DNA of 64,000 nucleotides. It comes from an uncultured Acidobacteriota bacterium (GTDB lineage: Bacteria > Acidobacteriota > Thermoanaerobaculia > UBA5066 > DATFVB01). The stretch is taken from positions 2,549,831 to 2,613,830 of the forward strand of contig OY970224.1 in the NCBI GenBank assembly GCA_963714035.1. Reading direction: 5' to 3'. How positions within the stretch are numbered: position 1 is the stretch's first letter; every line of letters starts with the position of its first letter. Positions 1-9,654 of this stretch are shown here, in pieces. The notes under the pieces are model-generated. The model saw nothing but the letters and a program-made list of their open reading frames with translations. It did not search any database and was not told where the DNA came from. Made by a program: the position numbers and the translations under genes.

Positions 1-661
1 CGGCGCCGCCGGCGCAGAGTCAGGCGCCTCGAACGCACTTCGGCGGGCGCATCCCCGCCCACGGACCGACCCGTGCACCGGCCAAGGCGGCGCCGGCGCG
101 GCCGGCTCCGGCGAAACCGGCGCCGAGACAGACCGAAACTACCCGGAGCTTTCGGGACCAGCCCGGTCATCCCAGCGCGCCCCACGTCCACGCCAATGAC
201 GAGTGGGTGGGACACAACGAATCCGTGAACGACTCGCGATTCCATCTCTCGCATCCGTGGGAGCACGGCCGAATCCCGGTCGCGATCGGCCCGCAGCAGG
301 TCTTTCGCCTCGGCGGGGGAGCTCCCAATCGGTTCTGGTGCGACGGCTACTACTTCCAGGTCGCGCCGTTCGAATTCACGTACTGCGCGGACTGGATCTG
401 GAACGCCGACGACATCGTGCTCTACGACGACCCCGATCACCCGGGCTGGTATCTGGCCTACAACGTGAGACTCGGGACGTACGTTCACGTTCAATATCTC
501 GGCCCGGGCTAGGGCAGACAGAGAAACCGGACGCCTGTCGAAGCGGCGAGGCTCGACCTCGCCGCTCGAGTCGCGCCGGGGGCGAGGCCTCGAGAGAGGA
601 ACGGCCCACATCGGGTAAAGTCCGAGGGACAAGACTCCCATGGGCGAAAAAGAGGTACCCG

Positions 662-2599
662 ATGAACGTGGTTCCCCGGAAACGGTTTCTCCCCGTCGTT
701 CTCGCGCTTTTCTCGATGGCGGCCGCGCGATCCTCTGTCGCGCTGCACATCGTTCCCGACCATCCCGGCGACTATCACTTCACGGCCGGCCCGTGCCCGA
801 AGATCGTGCCGAAGGACGGCGCGGCCTGTCCGAACGCGGCCGAGGCGTGTCCCGCCTTCTACAACCCGGCCCTCCTTCCGGCCGGCTACGACTCCGTTTC
901 CTACTGCGCCGAGGTTCCCGCCGGCATCGGCTTTCAGATCCCGGGCCTGACGCTGCTGACGATGCCTTTGAACGCTCAGGAGCAGAACGCGTTCCTCATC
1001 GCCGCGAAAAAGGCCGAGTCGTTCGTCAAGGACGACGTGACGGTCGTCATCGAGCCTTACAAGGTCGCCTACCTCGACAGCGACGGAAACAACAACGTGA
1101 TCTTCGGAGGCAACGAATACTGGAACCCCGTATGCGGCTCGGATGCGCTTCTGCCGCCGTACAGCCCGAACGCTCCGACGATCCTCGCGAACCCCGATGG
1201 GAGCTACAGCTACCAGGACCTGCCGGAGACGTACACGACGGTGCTCGAGGCGCTGAAGACCAAGAATGCCTTGAATCGGACTCCGATGAAACTCGTCGAT
1301 TATCTGCCGACGCAGCAGCAGATCGACGTGGAATGGCCCTCGACGTTCGTCGGCTGGCAGGCGGACACGAATTACCTCAGCGACTCGGGGAAGAACTACC
1401 TGGTCGCGGCCTCGGGCGACGTCCCGATCCCTCCGGATGCGAAGCCGTTCACGCTGTGCAGCTCGCCGGCGGCCATGAAAATGCTGGGGCTCGCGCCGCT
1501 CTTCCTGCAGAACGGCCACTGCATCGACGACGTCAACTCGCCGGCCGAGAACATGAACGTCACGCTCGAAGGCACCGACGGAGCGCTCGTGATTCCCGAC
1601 GCCACGGCCTATCCGCCGGTGAACACGATCCGCCCGTGGATCTACGACTCCACCCAGCGCTCGGTCATCAACACGCAGCTCCCCAAGGCGTTCTTCGAAA
1701 AGACATACAACAACCATCTGCCGGACGTCGCCTGCGGCGATCCTTCGCAGTGCCGCTTCCCGTCGGGCGTCGAACCCGGAGCGGATCTCGTCGGAACGAT
1801 GAGCCACGAGATCAACCACGTCCTCGGGATCATGCAGTCGCAGTACTACAAGGCGCGCGGGAACGCGACGTCGCTCGCGCACACGTACGGCACCGCGCTC
1901 TACCTTCTCGATCTGTTCGATCTCGACTCTGACGCCGTCGTGGATGGCTTCGGCTACCCGGGGATCCATTCCTACGGCGACTTCACTCTCGCTCCCCGGA
2001 ACAACGACACCTACGAACCGACGACGATCTACATCGCGCCGCTGCCTTCGGACCTGACGCCCTGGGTCCAGTTCGGGTCGCGGGATCACGTCATGGTGTA
2101 CGACGTGACCGGAGGCGCCGCGCGATACTTTCCGCTCATGAATTATCCCGGCCTCCAGGACCCCGACGGCGACATCCAGCAGCAGTTCGGCTTCGTCGAG
2201 ACGCCGAATCCGGGAAACCTGTTCTTCGTCGATCCGGAGCTCGCGAACATGCCCTCGATGAACGTCGTCCACGGCAACGTGCAGGCGGGCAGCACGCGCT
2301 CGTTGATCGACGTCGATACGATCCGCGAATATTCGGAGCTGGCGGCGCAGGGGTGGGACATCAGGTACTCGACGCTCAGTCCTTCGACGTACACGACCCC
2401 CTCGCCGCTCGCGAAGTGGTATCAGACGTGTTTCGACGCGAACGGAGCGCTGACGACGGCGAGGAACGCGAATTGCCGGTTCAGTGTCCTGCCGGCCGAC
2501 CTGGTGGGAATCTCGCCCGACGAACCGGGCCGCCATCTCGCGACCCCGGTCCCCGAGCCGGCTCCCCCGACGGTGGTTTCTCCCGCACCGGTCCGGTAA
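662..2599 (+). CDS. Secreted Cys-rich putative zinc metalloprotease (HExxH motif HEINHVLG), hypothetical
   Basis: Internal ATG at 662 in the 203..2599 ORF. AAGAGG RBS 8 nt upstream. Signal-peptide-like N-terminus MNVVPRKRFLPVVLALFSMAAARSSVA. HEINH zinc-binding motif. Family not recognised. Confidence 0.6.
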   Translation: MNVVPRKRFLPVVLALFSMAAARSSVALHIVPDHPGDYHFTAGPCPKIVPKDGAACPNAAEACPAFYNPALLPAGYDSVSYCAEVPAGIGFQIPGLTLLTMPLNAQEQNAFLIAAKKAESFVKDDVTVVIEPYKVAYLDSDGNNNVIFGGNEYWNPVCGSDALLPPYSPNAPTILANPDGSYSYQDLPETYTTVLEALKTKNALNRTPMKLVDYLPTQQQIDVEWPSTFVGWQADTNYLSDSGKNYLVAASGDVPIPPDAKPFTLCSSPAAMKMLGLAPLFLQNGHCIDDVNSPAENMNVTLEGTDGALVIPDATAYPPVNTIRPWIYDSTQRSVINTQLPKAFFEKTYNNHLPDVACGDPSQCRFPSGVEPGADLVGTMSHEINHVLGIMQSQYYKARGNATSLAHTYGTALYLLDLFDLDSDAVVDGFGYPGIHSYGDFTLAPRNNDTYEPTTIYIAPLPSDLTPWVQFGSRDHVMVYDVTGGAARYFPLMNYPGLQDPDGDIQQQFGFVETPNPGNLFFVDPELANMPSMNVVHGNVQAGSTRSLIDVDTIREYSELAAQGWDIRYSTLSPSTYTTPSPLAKWYQTCFDANGALTTARNANCRFSVLPADLVGISPDEPGRHLATPVPEPAPPTVVSPAPVR

Positions 2600-2667
2600 G
2601 CGCCGTTCGGCGCGCCGCAGGGAGGCGATTCCTTTGAGCTGATCCTGAACGGGACGGGTGGGCTCGC

Positions 2668-3885
2668 CTAGGAAGTCCGGATCGCCGGCACGTGGCCCGG
2701 ATCGATCACGGGGAGATCGACGGGGACCCATTCGGGAGATTTCAGGCCGGCGCCGGTGTTGAAGAGGACGACGCGATCCTGCGGCTCGAGGAACCCGGTT
2801 TCCGCGAGCCGTTTGTAGGCGGCGTAGGTCGAAGCTCCCTCGGGCGAGAAGAAAAGACCCTCCTGGCTGGCCAGCTCCCGCATGGCTTTGAGCATTTCAT
2901 CGTCGCTCACCGCCACGGCCGTTCCCCGACTGGCGTCGATGTCCTTCAAGATCAGCGAATCGGCGAAGGGGTACGGGACCCGCAGGCCGGACGCGGCGGT
3001 CGTGGCGCCCTCCCAGAATTCCGCGGTCTTCTTTCCCTCCTCGAAGGCCCGGACGACCGGCGCGCAGCCGCTCGCCTGAACGGAGATCATCCGAGGTCGC
3101 GCCGGCCCGATCCACCCGAGCGCTTCGAGCTCGTCGAAGGCCTTCCACATCCCGATGAGGCCGGTTCCTCCCCCGGTCGGATAGAGGATCGCGTCGGGAA
3201 GCTCCCAGTGGAAATGCTCGGCGATTTCGAACCCCATCGTCTTTTTTCCCTCGACCCGATAAGGCTCTTTCATCGTCGAGAAATCGAACCAGACTCCGGA
3301 GGAAGCGAGCTCTCGCACGATCTTTCCGGCGTCGCTGATCAGGCCGCGAACGAGGTAGACCGCGGCTCCGCAAACCGCGGTCTCGACTTTGTTGATCCGG
3401 GGAGCATCCTGCGGGATGAAGACCGCCGTCGAGACTCCCGCCGCCGCGCCGTAGGCGGCCAGAGCGGCCCCGGCGTTCCCGGCCGAAGGGGCGGCGACGT
3501 GCGTGATCCCCAGCTCGACGGCGCGGGACACCGCCGCGGAAAAGCCCCGCGCCTTGAAGCTTCCCGTCGGGTTGCCCCCTTCTTCTTTGACGAACAACGT
3601 CTCGGTTCCGTGGCGCCGGCCGATTCTCGCGATGCGCAGCAGAGGCGTCTGGCCTTCCCCGAGCGTGACGATCCGGTCGTCCCGGCGCACGGGCAGCAGC
3701 TCCCTCCAGCGCCACATCCGGCCGGGTCGCCGCGCCACCTCGTCCCGGTCGAGCTTCCGGAGCGACTCCAGGTCGTATTTCGCGAGCAGGGCTTTTCCGC
3801 AGCGGCGACAGACCGTCTGGATTTCGTCCGCGGAAAAAGTCGCGCCGCACGACGCGCATTCGAGATGAGAAAGGGCGCTCTTCAT
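2668..3885 (-). CDS. thrC: Threonine synthase (PLP-dependent)
   Basis: Translation has GNPTGSFKARG (PLP lysine motif) and overall ThrC-like sequence. Start chosen at MKSALSHLE (ATG 3885). The upstream part of the ORF is GC-rich read-through. Confidence 0.85.
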   Translation of the reverse strand: MKSALSHLECASCGATFSADEIQTVCRRCGKALLAKYDLESLRKLDRDEVARRPGRMWRWRELLPVRRDDRIVTLGEGQTPLLRIARIGRRHGTETLFVKEEGGNPTGSFKARGFSAAVSRAVELGITHVAAPSAGNAGAALAAYGAAAGVSTAVFIPQDAPRINKVETAVCGAAVYLVRGLISDAGKIVRELASSGVWFDFSTMKEPYRVEGKKTMGFEIAEHFHWELPDAILYPTGGGTGLIGMWKAFDELEALGWIGPARPRMISVQASGCAPVVRAFEEGKKTAEFWEGATTAASGLRVPYPFADSLILKDIDASRGTAVAVSDDEMLKAMRELASQEGLFFSPEGASTYAAYKRLAETGFLEPQDRVVLFNTGAGLKSPEWVPVDLPVIDPGHVPAIRTS

Positions 3886-3921
3886 GAGGAGGGAAAACGA
3901 TGCGAAGATCCCATCGCGGGA

Positions 3922-5106
3922 ATGATAACAACGAAGTCGTTTCTCCACCGGAACGGCCTGCTCGTGGGAATCATGGCGGGGGCAATTCTCGGCGCGGCCG
4001 CATTCGCCGTCTTCGGACCGTCGGTCGCGGCGGTTTCGTGGATCGGCGATCTCGTCGTGAAACTCCTCAAGCTCGTCGTGCTTCCCCTCGTCGCGACCTC
4101 TCTGGTCTCCGCGCTGGCGAGGCTCAGGGAACACGGCGGCCTCGCACGGCTCGGCTTTCGGATGATCGCCTATCTCGTCTCGACGACCCTCCTCGCCGCG
4201 GTTGCCGGGTTCGGGGTCGCCGAAACGCTCTGCCGTTGGCTGCCATCCCGACCCCTGTTCTCAGGCGACTCTTCCGCAGGATCGGCCCCGGTTCGTTTCT
4301 CCTTTCTTTCGGGCGGCCTCCTTCCGGTGTTGCTCCTCTCTCTTCTCGCAGGACTGCTCCTGGCGCTCCTCGGGAACCGCGCGCGGCGATTCCGGAACAT
4401 CTTCGACAACCTGAATGCGGTCATGTTGACGCTCGTGCGGGCCCTGATGTGGGTCCTTCCCGCGGGCGTTTTCGGGTTGGTCGCGTCCATGCTCGCCCGG
4501 ACGGTCAGTCTGCGGGCGGACGCGGCGTGGCTCGGGCGCTACCTCGTCGCGGTCCTCGGCGGGATACTTCTCCACGGGTTCGTGGTCATTCCCTTGCTCA
4601 TGGCGTGGCTCGCCCGGCGAAACGCGTATCGATATCTCTTTGCGCTCGCTCCGGCGGTCCTCATGGGCTTTGCGACCGCCTCGTCGGCCGGAACCCTTCC
4701 CGTCACGCTCGATTGCGCCACGCGGCGGGGGCGGGTGCGGCCGGCGATCGCCGCCTTCGTCCTTCCGCTGGCGGTGGCTCTCGAGCGCGAGGGGACGGCG
4801 GTCTGGGCCGCTGCCGCCGCGACTTTCCTCGCGCAGGCGGCGGGCGTGACGCCGGGGATCCGGCTGGGGTTGCTCATCGTGTTGACCGCGGCGCTGGCGG
4901 CCTTCGCCACCACCGGAATTCCCCAGGCGGGAATCGTCACGATTTTTCTCGTTCTGAATGCGGCGGCGATCCCATCCGGCGGCCTCGCTCTGTTGCTTCC
5001 CGTCGATTGGATCGTGGACCGTTTCCGCACGGCGGAGAACGTCTGGGGGCAGGCCGCCGCCGCCGCGGTCGTCGACGCCGGCGGGCCCGATTCCCTGTCA
5101 CCTTAG
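3922..5106 (+). CDS. Dicarboxylate/amino acid:cation symporter (DAACS family, GltP-like)
   Basis: Multi-TM protein starting MITTKSF. Motifs LKLVVLPLVATSLVSALA, ASSAGTLP and VDRFRTAENVWG are typical of the sodium:dicarboxylate symporter family. Divergent from thrC. Confidence 0.7.
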   Translation: MITTKSFLHRNGLLVGIMAGAILGAAAFAVFGPSVAAVSWIGDLVVKLLKLVVLPLVATSLVSALARLREHGGLARLGFRMIAYLVSTTLLAAVAGFGVAETLCRWLPSRPLFSGDSSAGSAPVRFSFLSGGLLPVLLLSLLAGLLLALLGNRARRFRNIFDNLNAVMLTLVRALMWVLPAGVFGLVASMLARTVSLRADAAWLGRYLVAVLGGILLHGFVVIPLLMAWLARRNAYRYLFALAPAVLMGFATASSAGTLPVTLDCATRRGRVRPAIAAFVLPLAVALEREGTAVWAAAAATFLAQAAGVTPGIRLGLLIVLTAALAAFATTGIPQAGIVTIFLVLNAAAIPSGGLALLLPVDWIVDRFRTAENVWGQAAAAAVVDAGGPDSLSP

Positions 5107-5295
5107 CTCTGACTTGCCCGGGAGAGCCACGGGTTGGCGCCGCTGCAGGTGATCACCGAACCGTTTTTTGACGCGTCGAGATGGCCCCAAAAGCGCCGCG
5201 CCGCCGCGGGTTGGGTCACGTCGTGCCGGGTGCTCGTGAGGAATCGAGGCTGTCGGAATCCCCGCATCCACGACCGGGAGGCGTACACTGCGTGA

Positions 5296-5451
5296 ATGGA
5301 CGACAACCGACGATACGTGACGTGGACCTGCGGCAGGTGCGGGCAGCGGTTCCGCTGGGCGGGCGACCGCCCGGATCCCGAGCGGTGTCCCGCGCGCCAG
5401 TGCCGGCGCCTGGACGACTCGGGCGCTACCTCGCGGCTGCGCCGGGCCTGA
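5296..5451 (+). CDS. Small Cys-rich hypothetical protein (51 aa, CxxC...CxxxxC)
   Basis: ATG..TGA ORF MDDNRRYVTWTCGRCGQRFRW...CPARQCRR, not in the ORF track (<60 aa). No clear RBS. It sits immediately upstream of a second small Cys protein. Confidence 0.2.
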   Translation: MDDNRRYVTWTCGRCGQRFRWAGDRPDPERCPARQCRRLDDSGATSRLRRA

Positions 5452-5461
5452 CGGAGGAAGC

Positions 5462-5650
5462 ATGGTCAAGCGGGCGCGGGACGAGGGTTCGGAGTGCCCG
5501 ATCGGCAAGTGCAAGGCGCGGGGATTTCATTTCAAGGAAGAAGCCGTTCAGAACGGTGAGCCGATGACGAACTGGCATTGCCCCGATGGGACGACGCACC
5601 TCCTCCGGCGGGATTGGAATCCCGACGAAGAACGGCCCGCCAAGACGTAG
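5462..5650 (+). CDS. Small hypothetical protein (62 aa, Cys/His-containing)
   Basis: Track ORF MVKRARDEGSECPIGKCKARGFHF...HCPDGTTH. GGAGGAAG lies 5 nt upstream of the ATG. Confidence 0.35.
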   Translation: MVKRARDEGSECPIGKCKARGFHFKEEAVQNGEPMTNWHCPDGTTHLLRRDWNPDEERPAKT

Positions 5651-5744
5651 CCCGTCGTTCCGCGAAGGAGCGGGCCGCATCCGGGAAGCCGCCTTCTCTT
5701 TCGGTGCTACCATTCCTGAAAATCAGAAGGGGAGGTCAAATCTC

Positions 5745-6011
5745 ATGCACCTCGACTCGATGCACGTCATCACCTGGATCATCCTCGGACTCATCGCCGG
5801 ATTCATCGCGGCCCGGATCGTGAACCACAAGGGCGAGGGGGTCATCCTCGACATTCTTCTCGGCATCATCGGAGCGTTCGTCGGAACGTGGGTGTTCGGG
5901 AAGATGGGCATGCACGGCGCGACCGGAGTCAACCTCTACAGCATCATGGTCTCGGCAATCGGCGCGATCCTCGTCCTCGTCATCTACCACGGGATCCGCC
6001 GGGCTATTTAG
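5745..6011 (+). CDS. GlsB/YeaQ/YmgE-family stress-response membrane protein
   Basis: AGGGGAGG RBS then ATG. Translation MHLDSMHVITWIILGLIAGFIAARIV...GIIGAFVGTWVF matches the transglycosylase-associated (YeaQ) family. Confidence 0.75.
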   Translation: MHLDSMHVITWIILGLIAGFIAARIVNHKGEGVILDILLGIIGAFVGTWVFGKMGMHGATGVNLYSIMVSAIGAILVLVIYHGIRRAI

Positions 6012-6262
6012 ATCCCTTCTTTTCCCGGGCCAACGGCGGGCGAGCGACCGATCGAGCATCCTCTGCCGAGGACTCAGCCCATTGGTGCAGAGAAAGAAAA
6101 GGTGAGGCCGGAAGCTCGCCTCGTCCCCGTTTCTTTCATGCGCTTTCAGCTTCCCGCAATCGAATCCACCAGACGCTAAGGATTCAGCGGTTTCCGGTCC
6201 GATCTCTTGCGTCTGCTGCAATCCGGTGAGCCTTTCGCCGGGCGACACTGAACCTCTTCCCG

Positions 6263-6556
6263 ATGACCGGCGGTTCTCCGAGGACCGTTCCCGGCTTCCC
6301 TTCGGACGAAGTCGTCATTCGGTGGGCGGGCGACGGACGCTCGCTTTTCACCTTCAAGCGCAACGAGCTTCCGGCGCGCATCATTCGTCTCGACGTCGAG
6401 ACGGGGGAGAGGAAGCCGTGGCTCGAGCTCATGCCGGCGGATGCGGCGGGCATCTCCCGCATCCCGTCCATCGTCCTGACGCCGGACGGAAAGTCGTACG
6501 CCTACAACATTCAACGCGACCTCTCGGACCTCTACCTCATCCGCGGGCTTCGGTAG
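6263..6556 (+). pseudogene. 3' remnant of a beta-propeller (TolB/WD40-like) protein gene
   Basis: The ORF has no convincing start. The translation ...SIVLTPDGKSYAYNIQRDLSDLYLIRGLR* resembles only the C-terminal blade of TolB-like propellers or Ser/Thr-kinase propeller tails. It lies next to a tRNA gene. Confidence 0.3.
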
Positions 6557-6637
6557 CCGACTCCGAAGACGATCACGAACAAACCAAGATCGAGGATCGG
6601 CGGGGTGACGGGGGCTCAAGCCGGGCTGCAGAAGGCA

Positions 6638-6715
6638 TGGTGCGCCCGGAGGGGTTCGAACCCCCAACCCTCAGATCCGAAGTCTGATGCTCTATCCAGT
6701 TGAGCTACGGGCGCC
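6638..6715 (-). tRNA. tRNA-Arg (anticodon TCG)
   Basis: Reverse complement is GGCGCCCGTAGCTCAACTGGATAGAGCATCAGACTTCGGATCTGAGGGTTGGGGGTTCGAACCCCTCCGGGCGCACCA. The cloverleaf has anticodon stem TCAGA/TCTGA and loop CTTCGGA (anticodon TCG). T-loop GGTTCGAAC. CCA is encoded. Confidence 0.85.
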
Positions 6716-6806
6716 CGCGGCGCAGTCTATCGAATCCGGCCGGGAGTCGAGTTCGTGTATTGTCTGTCCGGCAACCGCCGCCGGGCCCGCCGGATAGAAT
6801 CCCCCC

Positions 6807-7829
6807 GTGGCGCTTTCGGACACGCTCGGCCGCCCTCTCGCGAACCTCCGGGTTTCCGTCACCGACCGGTGCAACCTGCGCTGCGAGTACTGCATGCCCG
6901 AGCGCGACTACGCGTGGCTGCCGCGGAAGGACATCCTCGATTTCGAGGAGATTGCAGTACTCGTCGACGTCTTCGCGGACTGCGGCGTCGATCGCATCCG
7001 GCTGACGGGTGGAGAGCCCCTCGTCCGGCGCGATCTCGCCCGTCTCGTGCGGATGATCGCGGAGAAGCCCGCGATCCGGGACCTGGCGCTCACGACCAAC
7101 GGAATCCTCCTCGCCGAGCAGGCGGCGGAGCTCCGCGCCGCGGGGCTCGGCCGCGTGACGGTGAGTCTGGACACGCTCGATCCGAACCGGTTCCGCGAGC
7201 TGACGCGGAGCGACGGACACGCACGCGTTCTCGCGGGCATCGAGGAAGCCGGACGTCTCGGCTTCGGCGCGCTCAAGATCGACACGGTCGTGATGCGGGG
7301 CGTCAACGACGACGAGCTCGGCGCGCTCCTCGACTTCGGAAAGAGCGCGAATGCGGAGGTCCGGTTCATCGAATACATGGACGTGGGCGGCGCGACCCGC
7401 TGGAGGCCCGAAGTGGTGGTTTCCCGGGCGGAGATCCTCGGCGCGCTCGAACGGCGCTTCGGGCCGATCGGGCCCGAGCCGGCGCCGGGCTCGGCGCCCG
7501 CGGAACGCTTCCGCGCGGCCGACGGGACGATTTTCGGGATCATCGCCTCGACGACCGCGCCGTTCTGCCGATCCTGCGACCGCAGCCGCCTGACGGCGGA
7601 CGGCCTCTGGTACCTCTGCCTCTATGCCGCGAACGGAACGGATCTGCGCGCGCCGCTGCGCGCCGGGGCCTCGCGGGTGGAGCTGAAGGCGATCCTCGAG
7701 AGCGGCTGGCGGGGCCGCGCCGACCGGGGCGCCGAAGAGCGTCTCGCGGTGCGCGACCGGTTTCCGCTCCTTCCCGTCAACGCGCTTCGCCGCGATCCGC
7801 ATCTCGAGATGCACACGCGCGGCGGCTGA
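6807..7829 (+). CDS. moaA: GTP 3',8-cyclase MoaA (radical SAM, molybdenum cofactor biosynthesis)
   Basis: GTG start. CNLRCEYC radical-SAM cluster motif. Overall MoaA-like sequence including a C-terminal second cluster region (CRSCDRSRL). Confidence 0.85.
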   Translation: MALSDTLGRPLANLRVSVTDRCNLRCEYCMPERDYAWLPRKDILDFEEIAVLVDVFADCGVDRIRLTGGEPLVRRDLARLVRMIAEKPAIRDLALTTNGILLAEQAAELRAAGLGRVTVSLDTLDPNRFRELTRSDGHARVLAGIEEAGRLGFGALKIDTVVMRGVNDDELGALLDFGKSANAEVRFIEYMDVGGATRWRPEVVVSRAEILGALERRFGPIGPEPAPGSAPAERFRAADGTIFGIIASTTAPFCRSCDRSRLTADGLWYLCLYAANGTDLRAPLRAGASRVELKAILESGWRGRADRGAEERLAVRDRFPLLPVNALRRDPHLEMHTRGG

Positions 7830-7871
7830 GCCGCCCGCCCCGGGCGCTCGCCGGCGGCCGGCGCGCCGGGC

Positions 7872-8750
7872 CTATTCCCGGACCGTCGGGGAGTGAGCGT
7901 CCGACGGCTCCGGGGACGGTTCCGGAGCGATTCGCGACGGATGCGCATAGACGTTGAACCGGCGGTCGCGAAGGAAACCGACGAGGGTCATTCCGGCCGC
8001 GTCCGCGAGGGCGACGGCGAGGCTCGAGGGAGCGGAAACCGACGCGACGATCGGGATTCCCGCCGCGTTCGCCTTCTGGACGATCTCGAAACCGGCGCGT
8101 CCCGAAACGAGGAGGGCCGACGACGAGAACGGAAAGTCGCCGCGGCGGAAGGCCGCGCCGATCACCTTGTCGGTCGCGTTGTGGCGGCCGATGTCCTCGC
8201 GAACCTCGAGGATCGACCCGCCCGAGTCGAAGAGCGCCGCTCCGTGAAGACCTCCCGTCGCCGCGAAGATCGACTGGCGCGCGCGAAGCCGCTCCGGCAT
8301 GGCGAAGAGGACGTCGGACGAGAGACGGACGCCGCCGGAAAACCGGCGAGGAGCGCGGGCGATCGCGTCCTCGATCGAATCGCTTCCGCAGAGGCCGCAC
8401 GCGGAGCCGATCACGGCTTCGCGGCGGAGGCGCCTCGCCCGCTCGACCGCGGCCGGGACGAGAGTCGCGACGAGCGTGTTCTCTTTCTTCTCGAAGTCCG
8501 GCGCCTCGCCGGCGGACAGCGAGAGGAGATCCGCGGGACCCTCGAGAACGCCTTCGGTGAACAGGAGTCCTGCGGCAAGGTCGCCATCGGCGCCTGGCGT
8601 CCGCATTGTGGTCGCGAATGGCGCCGGCGCCGGTGTCGACGCCGACCGGACGACGATCCGGAGCGGCTCTTCGACGGCGACTCCATCCTCGCGGTCGGTG
8701 ATTCCCTCGTTTCCAAATTCCCGGATGCGCTCCCGGCTGACCGGTTCCAT
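7872..8750 (-). CDS. fdhD: Formate dehydrogenase accessory sulfurtransferase FdhD
   Basis: Translation contains the GRHNATDK motif and an FdhD-like fold sequence. Convergent with moaA. Confidence 0.75.
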   Translation of the reverse strand: MEPVSRERIREFGNEGITDREDGVAVEEPLRIVVRSASTPAPAPFATTMRTPGADGDLAAGLLFTEGVLEGPADLLSLSAGEAPDFEKKENTLVATLVPAAVERARRLRREAVIGSACGLCGSDSIEDAIARAPRRFSGGVRLSSDVLFAMPERLRARQSIFAATGGLHGAALFDSGGSILEVREDIGRHNATDKVIGAAFRRGDFPFSSSALLVSGRAGFEIVQKANAAGIPIVASVSAPSSLAVALADAAGMTLVGFLRDRRFNVYAHPSRIAPEPSPEPSDAHSPTVRE

Positions 8751-8876
8751 GACGGGATCGTACCTCCCGTCGCGAGAGCTGCCGTACCGACTCTCGACCT
8801 TCGACGGATGGACTCGTGACTCGGACGCGGCCGCCGGGAGCCTCGCGCGATCCCTGGACTATGCTTTCGGGGCGGG

Positions 8877-9089
8877 ATGGGCAGTCCGCCGGGAGGTGGG
8901 GACGTGGACGAACGCCATCGGGCGATCCTCGAGCGGATCGGAAAGCTCGCCGGGGAGCTCTTCGAGCTCTCCGCCCGGGCCGGCGAATCCGTTCCCGAGG
9001 AAGATCTTGCCATCCTGACGCGGCGCCTCCAGGCGATTCGCGCAGAGATCGAACGACTCCGGGAAGAGTTTCGTTTGACGCTCAACTAG
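8877..9089 (+). CDS. Small hypothetical coiled-coil protein (70 aa)
   Basis: Track ORF, weak G-rich RBS. It is followed by a long hairpin at 9093-9180. Confidence 0.35.
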   Translation: MGSPPGGGDVDERHRAILERIGKLAGELFELSARAGESVPEEDLAILTRRLQAIRAEIERLREEFRLTLN

Positions 9090-9092
9090 TGT

Positions 9093-9180
9093 CCCGAGTC
9101 AGAAATCGCGTTCGCGTCGTTCGGAGCGCCGCGGGGCGGGATGCAAGGCGGCGCGACGGCGACGAGATTTCTGACTCGGG
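9093..9180. terminator. Long imperfect hairpin (15-bp arms CCCGAGTCAGAAATC / GATTTCTGACTCGGG, ~58-nt loop) between convergent genes
   Basis: The inverted repeat was read directly from the sequence. The loop carries the core motif CGTTCGGAGCGCCGC..GGATGC.AGGCG that recurs at 9680-9730. Confidence 0.4.
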
Positions 9181-9193
9181 ATACTGGCCCGGG

Positions 9194-9568
9194 CTACACG
9201 ACGGGGCGGTACTGGCGCACGGCGTCGAGAACCCTCGACGGATTGACGGGCTTGGCGATCATCTCGTCGACGTGGAGCTCGACCGGATCGACCCGGATCC
9301 GCTGCATCGCCGAAACCACGACGACCGGGATCGAGGCGAGGTCGGGATCGATGATCCGCGCCCGCAGGAAGCGCTCGCCGTCCATCACCGGCATCATCAG
9401 ATCGAGCAGGATCAGGGAAGGGCGAAAACCCGCCTTGATCCGATCGATCGCGTCGCGTCCGTCGGTGGCGCCGACGGCATTCACGCCTTCACTGTCGAGA
9501 AGCAGGACGAGCGCCTCGCGCACGTCGTCGTCGTCCTCGACCACCAGAACGTCGAAAGGGTCGGTCAC
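9194..9568 (-). CDS. Single-domain response regulator (CheY-like receiver)
   Basis: DVLVVEDDDDVRE...LILLDLMMPVMDG... The receiver-domain acidic pocket and phospho-acceptor Asp context are present. Confidence 0.8.
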   Translation of the reverse strand: MTDPFDVLVVEDDDDVREALVLLLDSEGVNAVGATDGRDAIDRIKAGFRPSLILLDLMMPVMDGERFLRARIIDPDLASIPVVVVSAMQRIRVDPVELHVDEMIAKPVNPSRVLDAVRQYRPVV

Positions 9569-9654
9569 CGTGGGGAAATCTTAGCAAGAATCCCCGTCGA
9601 TACCGGGGGCGACTCATGATTGCCGGGCAGGTAGCGCAAGACCGGACGGGACAC

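Noticed and set aside
509-2731. 740-aa minus-strand ORF antisense to the metalloprotease gene, and similar very long antisense ORFs (15658..17892, 19033..20892, 23768..25900, 30247..33015, 52964..55117, 40477..42633)
   Set aside because: Arg/Gly/Pro-rich low-complexity translations with no motifs. They are a typical stop-codon-poor artefact of ~70% GC DNA opposite genuine genes. The only real product in 15658..17892 is the 69-aa peptide at its 3' end.
3900-5171. 423-aa plus-strand ORF overlapping the symporter in another frame
   Set aside because: Arg-rich nonsense. The symporter frame has a coherent TM topology and DAACS motifs.
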